Source: Methanobacteriota archaeon (lineage in GTDB: Archaea; Thermoplasmatota; Thermoplasmata; SG8-5; JAGLSY01). From it: 64,000 bases of DNA. The position numbers and the translations under genes are program-made. Below are positions 28,631 through 37,941 of this stretch, in pieces (position 1 is the first letter of the stretch; each line of letters begins with the position of its first letter). The DNA lies in the NCBI GenBank assembly GCA_020696385.1, contig JAEHCQ010000001.1:224001-288000 (forward strand), given 5' to 3'. A model generated the notes under the pieces. The model saw nothing but the letters and a program-made list of their open reading frames with translations, ran no database searches and had not been told where the DNA came from.

Positions 28631-30111
28631 TGGGAGAAGAAGTCGTTAAGAAGCCGAAGAGGAAAGAGAGAATGCCCATGCCGGAACAGGATCCGAAAGT
28701 TAGGGCGACCAATTTCAAGGAAGTGCCTTTGGGTTACACAGAGGAAATGGCCATTGAGGAAGCCATCAGATGTGCCCAGTGTAAGGTGCCGGCCTGTGTA
28801 TGCGGTTGTCCAGTTAACATTAATATTCCAGCATTTATCAAGGAGATCGCGGAGGGCAATTTCGCAGCGGCTGCGAGGAAGATCAAAGAAACAAATGCAC
28901 TTCCAGCGGTCTGTGGGCGTGTATGTCCACAGGAGAGCCAGTGCGAGGCCCAGTGTGTGTACAACAGAATGGGACGCGCCATCTGCATAGGCAGGTTGGA
29001 AAGGTTCGCCGCAGATTATGAGAGAGATAATAATCTGATAGAACTGCCAGAGAAAGCACAGCCAAATGGAAAGAAGGTGGCAGTTGTTGGCTCAGGTCCA
29101 TCTGGTCTGACTGTCGCGGGCGATCTTATTCAGCTTGGATATGAAGTAACTATATTCGAAGCATTCCACAAGCCAGGCGGAGTTCTGATGTACGGAATTC
29201 CGGAATTCAGGCTACCAAAGGCCATCGTGGAATCCGAGGTGAATTATCTCGTCCAACTTGGTGTCAAGATACAGTACAATTCAATAGTTGGCAAGACAGT
29301 GGAGGTCGATGAACTTCTTGGAGAGAAGGGCTACGACGCCGTCTTTATCGGCGTCGGTGCAGGACTTCCCAAGTTCCTGGGCATACCAGGTGAGAACTAT
29401 GGTGGAGTTTATTCAGCCAATGAATACCTCACCAGAAGCAATCTGATGAAAGCCTACAAATTCCCCGAATATGACACTCCGATCGTCATGGGAAAGAGAG
29501 TTTGCGTCATCGGCGGCGGAAATGTCGCTATGGACTCGGCCAGAACTGCGGTTCGGCTGGGAGCGGATACTTACATAGTCTATCGTAGGGCAAGAGAGCA
29601 GATGCCAGCCAGAGGAGAGGAGATACACCATGCTGAGGAAGAAGGCGTGAAGATGATGCTCCTTACCAATCCAGTTGAGATAATCGGTGACGAGGACAAT
29701 ATGGCAAAGGCCCTGAAATGTGTCAAGATGGAACTTGGAGAGCCTGACGAATCGGGCAGATCCAGACCAGTCGAGATAGAGGGCTCGGAGCATGATATCG
29801 AATTCGACCTGATAATAAACTCCATAGGAGCAAATGCCAACCCACTGCTGACAAAGAGCACGGAGGGTCTGGAGCTGAACAAATGGGGCTATATCGTGGC
29901 TGATGATTATGGAAAGACCAGCAAGGACAATGTCTGGGCTGCCGGAGATATCGTCACTGGCATGGCTACAGTTATTGAAGCCATGGGAGCTGGAAGGATG
30001 TCCGCCATGGATATCCATGAGAAACTGATGGGCGTTCCAAAGAATATTGAAATAAGTCCGGAAGCTCTACCAGACGATCTGGAATGCACACTTCCCGAGA
30101 CCAAGAAATGA
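28630..30111 (+). CDS. nfnB: NfnB/SudA large subunit (GltD-like)
   Basis: RCAQC..PACVCGCPV, CGRVCPQESQCE, VVGSGPSG, GGGNVAMD; coupled to nfnA. Confidence 0.88.
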   Translation: MGEEVVKKPKRKERMPMPEQDPKVRATNFKEVPLGYTEEMAIEEAIRCAQCKVPACVCGCPVNINIPAFIKEIAEGNFAAAARKIKETNALPAVCGRVCPQESQCEAQCVYNRMGRAICIGRLERFAADYERDNNLIELPEKAQPNGKKVAVVGSGPSGLTVAGDLIQLGYEVTIFEAFHKPGGVLMYGIPEFRLPKAIVESEVNYLVQLGVKIQYNSIVGKTVEVDELLGEKGYDAVFIGVGAGLPKFLGIPGENYGGVYSANEYLTRSNLMKAYKFPEYDTPIVMGKRVCVIGGGNVAMDSARTAVRLGADTYIVYRRAREQMPARGEEIHHAEEEGVKMMLLTNPVEIIGDEDNMAKALKCVKMELGEPDESGRSRPVEIEGSEHDIEFDLIINSIGANANPLLTKSTEGLELNKWGYIVADDYGKTSKDNVWAAGDIVTGMATVIEAMGAGRMSAMDIHEKLMGVPKNIEISPEALPDDLECTLPETKK

Positions 30112-30133
30112 TGAACTTCAGGTTGGATATCTT

Positions 30134-30925
30134 ATGAACTACCCTGAATTCGGATCTATCAAGGTCGAACTAGACAATGGCATAGCGATAATCACTTTGA
30201 ACAAGCCGGAGAAAATGAATGCCTTCGATGATATCCTATCAGCCGAGCTGGATGATACCTTCGCCATCATGGAGAAGGATGAAGATGTCAAGGTCATCAT
30301 ACTTACCGGAAGTGGCAAGGCCTTTTGTGCCGGCGGGAATGTCAAGGCAATGGCGGAAGCCGAGGAACCAGTGGAGTTCCTTGGCGGCCTGGCCAGTGGC
30401 ATCCACCGACCGATAATTCGTATGTGGAATATGGACAAAGCGATCATTTGCGCCATCAATGGCCACGCTGTTGGAGCTGGCTGTGGATTGGCGATGGCCT
30501 GTGATATTCGAGTGGCCTCTAAAAAAGCGAAGTTCAATATGGGGTTCATGAAAATTGGACTGGCACCTGGCTGCGGGACATTCTTCTTGCCCAAACTGGT
30601 TGGTCGGGCGAAAGCTGCTGAACTCATCTTCCTGAGCGAGACCATCGATGCCAAGGAAGCCCACAAGATCGGGCTTGTCAATATGGTGGTCGATGATGAT
30701 GAGCTTATGAAAAAGGCGATGAAAATGGCCATGAGGATCGAGAGCGGTCCCACACTGGCCATAGGTCGGGCCAAGACACTTTTACGCATAAGCGAGCATT
30801 CCACCCTGATGGAACACTTTGAGGCTGAAAGGCATATGATATCACAATCTGGAGAAACAGAGGATTTCAAAGAAGGAGTGACGGCTTTCCTCGAGAAAAG
30901 AAAGCCGAATTTCAAAGGTAAGTGA
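30134..30925 (+). CDS. Enoyl-CoA hydratase/isomerase family protein
   Basis: LNKPEKMNA, AFCAGG, AINGHAVGAG, EGVTAFLEKRKP. Confidence 0.92.
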   Translation: MNYPEFGSIKVELDNGIAIITLNKPEKMNAFDDILSAELDDTFAIMEKDEDVKVIILTGSGKAFCAGGNVKAMAEAEEPVEFLGGLASGIHRPIIRMWNMDKAIICAINGHAVGAGCGLAMACDIRVASKKAKFNMGFMKIGLAPGCGTFFLPKLVGRAKAAELIFLSETIDAKEAHKIGLVNMVVDDDELMKKAMKMAMRIESGPTLAIGRAKTLLRISEHSTLMEHFEAERHMISQSGETEDFKEGVTAFLEKRKPNFKGK

Positions 30926-30926
30926 T

Positions 30927-31577
30927 ATGCCGAAGACCCACGACGACATCTTGAAGGCGGAGGAAGCGAAGAAGATGGTCGAGGATGGATACGACCAGCT
31001 ATCCGACGAATACACCAGGATCCGAAGATTGAGCACCAGGGATAGAAAGTACATCGATCTTCTGATGGAGCGATCGCCCAAAGGAGGCAGGCTTCTTGAC
31101 CTGGGGTGCGGGGGCGGCATCCCATCAACAAAGGAACTGGCCAGGCATTTCAAAGTTGTGGGTATAGATTTTTCCCACAATCAGATAGAACGGGCCAGGA
31201 AGAACGTACCAGAAGGCGAGTTCCACAGGATGGACATGACTCGAATGAGCTTCAAGAAAAACTCATTCGATGCTGTATTTTCTCTACTGGCAATAATCCA
31301 CGTTCCCCGTGAGGAGAAGGCAGGCCTTTTTGCCAGCATTCAAGAGATCCTCAAACCCAATGGCCATCTGCTTATTGGCATTGGATGTGATGACTGGGTG
31401 AGTGAACCGGGCGATGATTTCATGGACCAACCCATGTATTGGTCCCAATTCGGAGCCAAGAAAACCGAAGCCATGATAATAGAAGCTGGCTTCGAGATCA
31501 TTCAGGCCACCATTGAGGAATGTATGTTTAGAGGGGAATTGGAAAGACATTTCTTCGTGCTGGCTAAAAAGATATGA
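30927..31577 (+). CDS. Class I SAM-dependent methyltransferase
   Basis: LLDLGCGGG, GIDFS, AIIHVP, LKPNG. Confidence 0.9.
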   Translation: MPKTHDDILKAEEAKKMVEDGYDQLSDEYTRIRRLSTRDRKYIDLLMERSPKGGRLLDLGCGGGIPSTKELARHFKVVGIDFSHNQIERARKNVPEGEFHRMDMTRMSFKKNSFDAVFSLLAIIHVPREEKAGLFASIQEILKPNGHLLIGIGCDDWVSEPGDDFMDQPMYWSQFGAKKTEAMIIEAGFEIIQATIEECMFRGELERHFFVLAKKI

Positions 31578-31673
31578 GCCTTTACTCCATATAAACATCA
31601 TATGAATGCTATGTGTTATTTTAGCAAAGCTCAAGCTGACAAATAGAAAATATAATCATAGAAAGCATTAGGC

Positions 31674-31823
31674 CTATCGGCTTCTGCTCTCTTTGGCCTT
31701 AAGCCTAAGCTGGGTGTAGCCACATTTTCTGCATTTTGTAGCCTTTACTGGATTGCCAACATTACATTTCATGCATATCTTCTTGTTAAGCAACCTTGCC
31801 TCAGCTTCTGGAAATCTTGCCAT
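31674..31823 (-). CDS. rpl40e: 50S ribosomal protein L40e
   Basis: Manual translation [49 protein letters not shown]; SD AGGTGA. Confidence 0.95.
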   Translation of the reverse strand: MARFPEAEARLLNKKICMKCNVGNPVKATKCRKCGYTQLRLKAKESRSR

Positions 31824-31900
31824 TTTGTCTCACCTTTATTATTTATTATCTGGTGCGCACAGATTAAGGAAGGCCTATTAAATGGTTTCTAAATAAATGC

Positions 31901-32863
31901 CTATCTTCTCGCATGCCCACCAACAGAGACCATGAAAGCAAGCAAGGCCTCGATCTGGATCCTACTATTGCTTCCCTCTATGAGTCTGAACTCGGTCTCC
32001 CCGATCTTCTCAATGACCTTGATCTTGATATGTTCATCCACATCGAGGTCAAACACATTCCTGTGAACTTGATTGATTATATCATGGCCAGATAATCCGT
32101 AATTGATCAGAAGTTTGTCAAGTAGATTACGGGCCTCGATGAACTCACCCTTCAATGCGGTGATCATCATATCCTTCAATTCTTCCGGGCGGCCAGTTGA
32201 ACTGGTCTTGTAAACAGCCTCGGCATCGATCGTGGTCCCCATAGATGCGGAAACCTGCATGATATTGGTGGCCCTTCGAAGGTCACCACCCGCGACATAG
32301 AGTAGAGCGTCCATTCCATCCTCAGTCACTTCCAGCTTTTCACTGAGAGCTATCCGTCTTAGATATTTCTTAACATCATCGGCATTGAGTGACTTGAACC
32401 TGAAGACCGCGCATCTTGACTGGATAGGGTCTATAAGCTTCGATGAATAGTTACATGAAAGAATGAAACGACAGGTATTCGTGTATTTCTCCATCGTTCT
32501 TCTTAGAGCTGCCTGGGCATCGGATGTGAGTGAGTCTGCCTCATCAAGGAATATGACCTTGAAGGGAGTGTCCGCAATAGGAGCGGTACGAGCGAAATCC
32601 TTGATCTTGTTCCTCACAACATCGATCCCTCTCTCATCGGATGCATTCATTTCATGAAAATTGAGCTTCCAATTCTCGCCGAACATTTCCTTCGTAAGGG
32701 CGAGAGCGGAGGTTGTCTTTCCAGTTCCCGCAGGACCTGCGAACATGAGATGTGGCATGTTCATTGTCTCCACATAGCTTTTCAGCCTTTCAACAACACC
32801 GGTCTGACCAACGACCTCGTCCAAAGTCTTTGGACGGTATTTCTCAACCCAGACATCATTCAT
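31901..32863 (-). CDS. rfcS: Replication factor C small subunit
   Basis: WVEKYRP, GPAGTGKT, NASDERG, LDEAD, IQSRC; no intein. Confidence 0.96.
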   Translation of the reverse strand: MNDVWVEKYRPKTLDEVVGQTGVVERLKSYVETMNMPHLMFAGPAGTGKTTSALALTKEMFGENWKLNFHEMNASDERGIDVVRNKIKDFARTAPIADTPFKVIFLDEADSLTSDAQAALRRTMEKYTNTCRFILSCNYSSKLIDPIQSRCAVFRFKSLNADDVKKYLRRIALSEKLEVTEDGMDALLYVAGGDLRRATNIMQVSASMGTTIDAEAVYKTSSTGRPEELKDMMITALKGEFIEARNLLDKLLINYGLSGHDIINQVHRNVFDLDVDEHIKIKVIEKIGETEFRLIEGSNSRIQIEALLAFMVSVGGHARR

Positions 32864-32873
32864 AAAGATCACT

Positions 32874-34496
32874 TCAGCCTACGATGTCCTTGAAAGCCTG
32901 CTCCTCTTTCACTGCTTCAAAGGCCTCATCATCCCTGGCACGCTCCTTGAAATCATCATCTATGCCAGCTGCGCGTGTGAGGAAGGGGAAGATAAGGTTA
33001 TTATTGCCCTTCTTTGCCTCTGCACAAGCTTTGTAATACCATGCTGTGCCATTGTTCATATCCCTCTTTACAACATTATTGAGGGTATTGACAGCATCAT
33101 CATATTTGCCGCTTCTGTAAAGTGATGCACCCTTGGTAAGGTAGGCGGTGACGTCCTCGGGATCAAGTTCCAGAAGCTTGTCAAAGACACCTACGGCATC
33201 ATCATACTTCTCCATCTGGAACAAAGCCGCGGCCTTATTATGAAGTGTATCTGCATCATTGGGCTTGAGCTCTGCCAATTTATCAAAGCAAGCAAGTGCA
33301 TTCTCAAAGTCCCCATTCTCAAAGTACTCATCTCCCTTTGAGATGAGATCCTCTTCGGACATTGGAGCATCTTCAACAGGAGCTTCCTCGACCACTGGTT
33401 CGGGCTCGGGCTCTTCGATGACAGGCTCAGGGGTGGGTTCAAAGGCTGGCTCCTCAACGACAGGCTCGGGTTCGGACTCGAAAGCCGGTTCCTCGACCAC
33501 TGGTTCTGGTTCTGGTTCGGGAGTGGGTTCTTCGATAACTGGCTCGGGTTCGGATTCCTCAATAATTGGCTCTGGTTCTTCAGCTTCAATAGTGATCTCA
33601 GGAGTTGGTTCCTCAACGATGGTCTCTTCAATGACCATCTCAGGGGCGGGTTCTTCAATAACAGGTTCTTCAATGGTCATTTCTGGAATTAGCTCTGGCT
33701 CTTCAGCAATTTCCATTTCTGGAGCTGGTTCATCAACAATGCCAAGCTTCTCCTTTGCATGGACATTATCTGGATCCAATTCCAATACTTTTCTGTAAGG
33801 GTCATCGGATTCTGTCAGATGGCCCAATCTCAGATAGCATTCGACTGCTTCCTCGGCATCATTTTTCTCCTCGAGGAGCTCGGCCTTCTTCTTCCAAAGT
33901 TCGATATCCTTTGGATCCTTTCGAAGAGCCTCGTCAATTGCCTCAACGGTATCCAGTGATGGTGGTGGAACCTCTCCACCTGTTTTGGCGGCATACTCAT
34001 CCTTTCTGGATGGATTGACCTCCATTAATTTAATGTAAGCTTCCTTCGCATCATCATCCCTGCCATCCAGGGTGAAGGCTTCGGCCTTGTTCTCTAGAGC
34101 CTCGACACTATTTGGGTAACGCTTGAGAACCTCATTGAAACACATAACAGCATAATTGAGCATGGTCTTATTGCTAAGATGCACCATACCTCTGCTTAGC
34201 CAGGCATCGACATTATCCGGAGATAATTGGGTAGCTTTGTCAAAACACTCTATAGCCCGATCTGGCTCCCCGGTCTCGAATAGACCATGGCCAGTGCGAG
34301 TGTACAATTCAGAGAACTCTTCAGGATCCTCAGCAACCTTTTCCTCACGGTAAAGGTATCTGTGGGCCCGCCTGTACTCGGACGCGGACTTTTCAGTATT
34401 TCCATTCTTGAGGTATGTATCTGCATCAGAGAGAATTGCTTCTATCTCCGCAACAACCTTGCTTTTCTTAGATTTCTTACCTCCAAAAAGGGCCAT
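32874..34496 (-). CDS. TPR protein with long Glu/Pro-rich linker
   Basis: TPR clusters at both ends separated by about 130 aa of EPEPVVEEP-type repeats. Confidence 0.85.
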   Translation of the reverse strand: MALFGGKKSKKSKVVAEIEAILSDADTYLKNGNTEKSASEYRRAHRYLYREEKVAEDPEEFSELYTRTGHGLFETGEPDRAIECFDKATQLSPDNVDAWLSRGMVHLSNKTMLNYAVMCFNEVLKRYPNSVEALENKAEAFTLDGRDDDAKEAYIKLMEVNPSRKDEYAAKTGGEVPPPSLDTVEAIDEALRKDPKDIELWKKKAELLEEKNDAEEAVECYLRLGHLTESDDPYRKVLELDPDNVHAKEKLGIVDEPAPEMEIAEEPELIPEMTIEEPVIEEPAPEMVIEETIVEEPTPEITIEAEEPEPIIEESEPEPVIEEPTPEPEPEPVVEEPAFESEPEPVVEEPAFEPTPEPVIEEPEPEPVVEEAPVEDAPMSEEDLISKGDEYFENGDFENALACFDKLAELKPNDADTLHNKAAALFQMEKYDDAVGVFDKLLELDPEDVTAYLTKGASLYRSGKYDDAVNTLNNVVKRDMNNGTAWYYKACAEAKKGNNNLIFPFLTRAAGIDDDFKERARDDEAFEAVKEEQAFKDIVG

Positions 34497-34723
34497 ATGG
34501 TATCCTCCTTTCCCTTACCTTTGCCTGTATAGACTTACATGATAATTGCATGAATGTTTATAAAGCCTTCTACCAAAGTGCCAATCTTTGAAATCACGCC
34601 ATTATCTTGAGCTAAAATTTACAATTAGAGAGCCATAAAGCTTGAAAAATATGTAATAATAGGCCAAAACAATAGGAAATCATATAAATGGGGAGCGTTT
34701 CCCTGTGCCACCGAGGATGTCCA

Positions 34724-34831
34724 ATGAAAAGAGGTTCAAGAGTCTGGAAGAAAAGGGGCAATCAGCGCTGGAAATGGAGAAAGAAGAAAATGCGGCGCAG
34801 GAAGCGAGCCCAGAAGATGAGAAACAAATAG
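34724..34831 (+). CDS. rpl41e: Ribosomal protein L41e (eS32)
   Basis: MKRGSRVWKKRGNQRWKWRKKKMRRRKRAQKMRNK; RWKWxKK.MRR signature; below the ORF-track cutoff. Confidence 0.8.
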   Translation: MKRGSRVWKKRGNQRWKWRKKKMRRRKRAQKMRNK

Positions 34832-34853
34832 TCTAGGCTATACCTCCTTAAAT

Positions 34854-35105
34854 GGGAGTATGGGGTAACACGGTATCCTCATGGGCTCCAGTTACAGGAA
34901 TGATTTCCATCGGGTATTCTGATGAGATTAATGACGATTAATTTCATGTGATGAATAACTGGAGCGATGACCCGTAGATGGTCTTTGCAGGCAAAATGAC
35001 TTTGACTTATGTCATAGCTCATTCCTGCGGCAGATACCCGTTGATCTGGGTTCAAAATCAAATGTCTGGCTTAAGGACATTTGACTGGAATTCCCAGTGC
35101 TCCCA
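34854..35105 (+). tRNA. tRNA-Trp(CCA) with two introns (37/38: 34892-35035; 59/60: 35057-35091)
   Basis: GGGAGTA/TGCTCCCA acceptor; ATGGG-CTCCAG^A-CCCGT; CTGGG-TTCAAA^T-CCCAG; BHB-like junctions. Confidence 0.92.
34892..35035 (+). ncRNA. Intron-encoded box C/D guide RNA for Cm34/Cm39 of tRNA-Trp
   Basis: Guide CGGGTATT-CTGA pairs ATACCCG; TGATGA-ATAACTGGAGCG-ATGA pairs GCTCCAGTTA; the N+5 rule points to C39 and C34. Confidence 0.8.
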
Positions 35106-35202
35106 TTAATTTTTTTCTTTTTTTATTTCCGAGCTATAGAGCTCGGAGATAATTTTAATTTGGATATTAAAAATATAAGATTTATAGGTATATTCTATTA
35201 TT

Positions 35203-35853
35203 TTATTCTATTTTCCTCATCACCGTCAAGTATACGGTATAACCGTAAAATCTCTCTTCACTTTCTATGATCAGCCCCGGCGGCAGATAATCTTCCAGCC
35301 TCCGGTTTATCTTGGTATAGCCAAATAGGATCGCGGGAAGCCGCATCCATAGATAGACAGGTATGCCTCTTTTCTTGCTCGGAGGTCCGGTATCCAGCAT
35401 CACGAATATGCCACCCGGCTTGAGGACACGATAGCATTCCCGCATCATCTTCCAGGGATCCGGAACTGTTGTCAAAGTGTAGGTCGCTATCATGGAATCA
35501 AAGAAATCATCATCGAAGGTCATGGCTTCGATGTCCTCCACTTTCAACTCCACCCGATCAACAATATCGGGTGTCAGCCTTTCACGTGCCTTGTCCAGCA
35601 TTCCTTTTGAAAGATCCGCGCCATATACCTTACCGCTGACAAGTTTCTCGGCGATCCAGGGAAGAACAAGGCCGCTGCCAGTACCAACATCAAGAACTAT
35701 GTGATCTGGTTGGACATTCAAAAGTCCAACCGCTTTTTTCCTCCTCTCGACGGTCGTTTGGACCAGACCCGTATCTAGAGAATCATAAGATTTACTGAAG
35801 CCATCATAACGTTTTATGACCTTTTTCTTGTAATCATCCGAAGGAGCCACCAT
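35203..35853 (-). CDS. Class I SAM-dependent methyltransferase (UbiE-like)
   Basis: VLDVGTGSG, ADLSKGML, YRVLKPGG. Confidence 0.88.
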   Translation of the reverse strand: MVAPSDDYKKKVIKRYDGFSKSYDSLDTGLVQTTVERRKKAVGLLNVQPDHIVLDVGTGSGLVLPWIAEKLVSGKVYGADLSKGMLDKARERLTPDIVDRVELKVEDIEAMTFDDDFFDSMIATYTLTTVPDPWKMMRECYRVLKPGGIFVMLDTGPPSKKRGIPVYLWMRLPAILFGYTKINRRLEDYLPPGLIIESEERFYGYTVYLTVMRKIE

Positions 35854-35967
35854 GCTGTATTGGCGTATGAAACTTATACTTTTTCTGAAGTAGGATTGTG
35901 TATTCTGAGTTTCAAAACTAAAGTTATTAATAGGATAATATTCAATTTCGGTGTGAGGAATAAAAAT

Positions 35968-36243
35968 ATGTTTTACCTTTTCTTACCCGATATCGACCTT
36001 GAAATGCTCGGCCTTCTGGTCATGCTTACAATCGTACTAGTTGGTCTGACCTTCGCATTGCTGGGACACATGATATTCAAAATGAGTAATGAGATAAAAA
36101 GACTCAGCTCTTCTGTCGAGAGCGAGGTAAAGGATCTGTCAGATATCAAAGACCAGATCCATCAACATGATGAAACTATAGACCCTAGTGAGGTCATTCC
36201 ACCACCATCATCACCATCTCCACCATCACCACCACCTCAGTAA
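35968..36243 (+). CDS. Small single-pass membrane protein with Pro-rich tail
   Basis: One TM, short coiled segment, PPPSSPSPPSPPPQ. Confidence 0.55.
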   Translation: MFYLFLPDIDLEMLGLLVMLTIVLVGLTFALLGHMIFKMSNEIKRLSSSVESEVKDLSDIKDQIHQHDETIDPSEVIPPPSSPSPPSPPPQ

Positions 36244-36336
36244 ATGATGGAAACTTGATATGATTATGTAAAAGGATAATGTGCCCAACAAGTTAATATA
36301 CCGCTATTCGCATAATCTTATGCATAATGGAATGGT

Positions 36337-36597
36337 GTGAACATGATATTTGTTACAATGATCGAAACAATGCCTGGAACTTTTGAAGAATCTCTGAGAG
36401 CCATGAAAAGGCTGAAAATTCCAGAGAATATCAAGGTAAGAGAGTTCCTGGGTCTTTTCGGTGGAATAGACGCCATCATAATTTTTGAAGCAGAGGATCA
36501 GAAAGATGCTGCGGATTTCATATCCCACATCGCTTGCTACGTCGAATGCAAGACATCTTTCGCTCTGCCAATTGATGAGTTCACCTGGACAAGATGA
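36337..36597 (+). CDS. GYD-like small ferredoxin-fold protein
   Basis: LFGGIDAIIIFEAED...TSFALPIDEF pattern. Confidence 0.6.
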   Translation: MNMIFVTMIETMPGTFEESLRAMKRLKIPENIKVREFLGLFGGIDAIIIFEAEDQKDAADFISHIACYVECKTSFALPIDEFTWTR

Positions 36598-36628
36598 GAT
36601 ATAGATGAGATATTCAGGTAAATTGGAT

Positions 36629-37834
36629 TCATTCAATTGAGTCTATAGCATCGCCAATAAGCAGAGCCAGCTTCGTCTCTTTCACGTCATGGACACGGAT
36701 GATATCTGCCCCATTCATGGCAGATATCACAGCCGCCGCCACACTGCCTTCCAGTCTTTCATCCTCATCAGTTCCCTGAAGTTTTCCAATGAAGGATTTT
36801 CTGGAAGCTCCGACCAAAATAGGCAGGCCCAGCATCTTGAATTCAGATAGCCTCTTCAGTATTAGCAAATTATGATCCAGTGTCTTGCCAAAGCCGATCC
36901 CTGGATCGATTATTATATTGTCCTTGGAGATACCTTGATCCATTGCCTTGGCGATCCGTTGCCTGAAGAAATCGATGATGTCAAATACAACATCATCGTA
37001 GATCGGCTCATCCTGCATATTATCAGGAGTGCCAGACATATGCATGATGATCACTGGCACATTCCTTTCAACTGCCAATTTTATCATCCTATCATCTGCA
37101 AGGCCAGTGACGTCATTTATCATTGATGCCCCAGCATCCAAGGCGGCCTTAGCAACCTCTGGCTTGGAAGTATCTATGGATATTGGAACATTTATGATCT
37201 TCACAAGCCCTTCGATGACAGGTATCACTCGGCTCAATTCCTCCTCTATCGTGATGGGGGCAGAGCCCGGGCGGGTGGATTCACCACCAATGTCGATCAT
37301 ATCCGCGCCTTCCTCCGCCATCCTTATCGCACAGCCCACGGCCTCTCCAATACTGGAGAACTGGCCGCCGTCCGAGAAAGAGTCGGGAGTCACATTCAAT
37401 ATGCCCATGATCCAGGTCTGGCCTTCTAATTTGAATATCTTATCATCGCAGGAAATGGCTGACCCTCCAGGGCAGTCGATATTGGCCAATGCTGTTTCGA
37501 TATGCACGGCGATATCCTTGAGCCCAAAGGGTTGCTTTTGAAATTTAGAGATTATAAAGCTATACTGCTTCTCGGTGGCCATGAGAAGCATGTCGCTGCA
37601 TTTGCCAAGGTCTGATAAGCAATGGTAAGCGAGGGCCGCCTCTCCGCCCTTGCTCAAAAATTCCTGCTTGATGATATTGGCCGCCCTCGGGTCGATGTCC
37701 CGGAGCACGAAAGTGAAAAAGCGGCCTTTGGGAACCATGACATCCAGTCCACCGACATCAACGCCAATCCTCTTCATCTCGGCCTCGATCTGACGCGGAT
37801 TATCAAAATTTCGCACATACACACGACTTGTCAT
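36629..37834 (-). CDS. folP: Dihydropteroate synthase with N-terminal extension
   Basis: MGILNVTPDSFSDGG, IGGESTRPG, DPGIGFGK, SRKS, RVHDV. Confidence 0.94.
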   Translation of the reverse strand: MTSRVYVRNFDNPRQIEAEMKRIGVDVGGLDVMVPKGRFFTFVLRDIDPRAANIIKQEFLSKGGEAALAYHCLSDLGKCSDMLLMATEKQYSFIISKFQKQPFGLKDIAVHIETALANIDCPGGSAISCDDKIFKLEGQTWIMGILNVTPDSFSDGGQFSSIGEAVGCAIRMAEEGADMIDIGGESTRPGSAPITIEEELSRVIPVIEGLVKIINVPISIDTSKPEVAKAALDAGASMINDVTGLADDRMIKLAVERNVPVIIMHMSGTPDNMQDEPIYDDVVFDIIDFFRQRIAKAMDQGISKDNIIIDPGIGFGKTLDHNLLILKRLSEFKMLGLPILVGASRKSFIGKLQGTDEDERLEGSVAAAVISAMNGADIIRVHDVKETKLALLIGDAIDSIE

Positions 37835-37941
37835 ATGGAAGTACATGTAGCTTATTGATAATAATGATTATTGATTACAATCACCATAATATCCAAGCAT
37901 CGATGAAATGCATTTATACCATTGCGAGCATTATCTGAAGC

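Noticed and set aside
30139-31131. 330-aa antisense ORF, and similar long shadow ORFs (e.g. 44232-45410, 8254-8982, 24273-24983)
   Set aside because: They overlap well-supported genes on the opposite strand and have Ser-rich mirror composition.
33259-33740. Repetitive DNA resembling an array
   Set aside because: Degenerate coding repeats of the Glu/Pro linker; no constant repeat with unique spacers. No CRISPR array was seen in the window.
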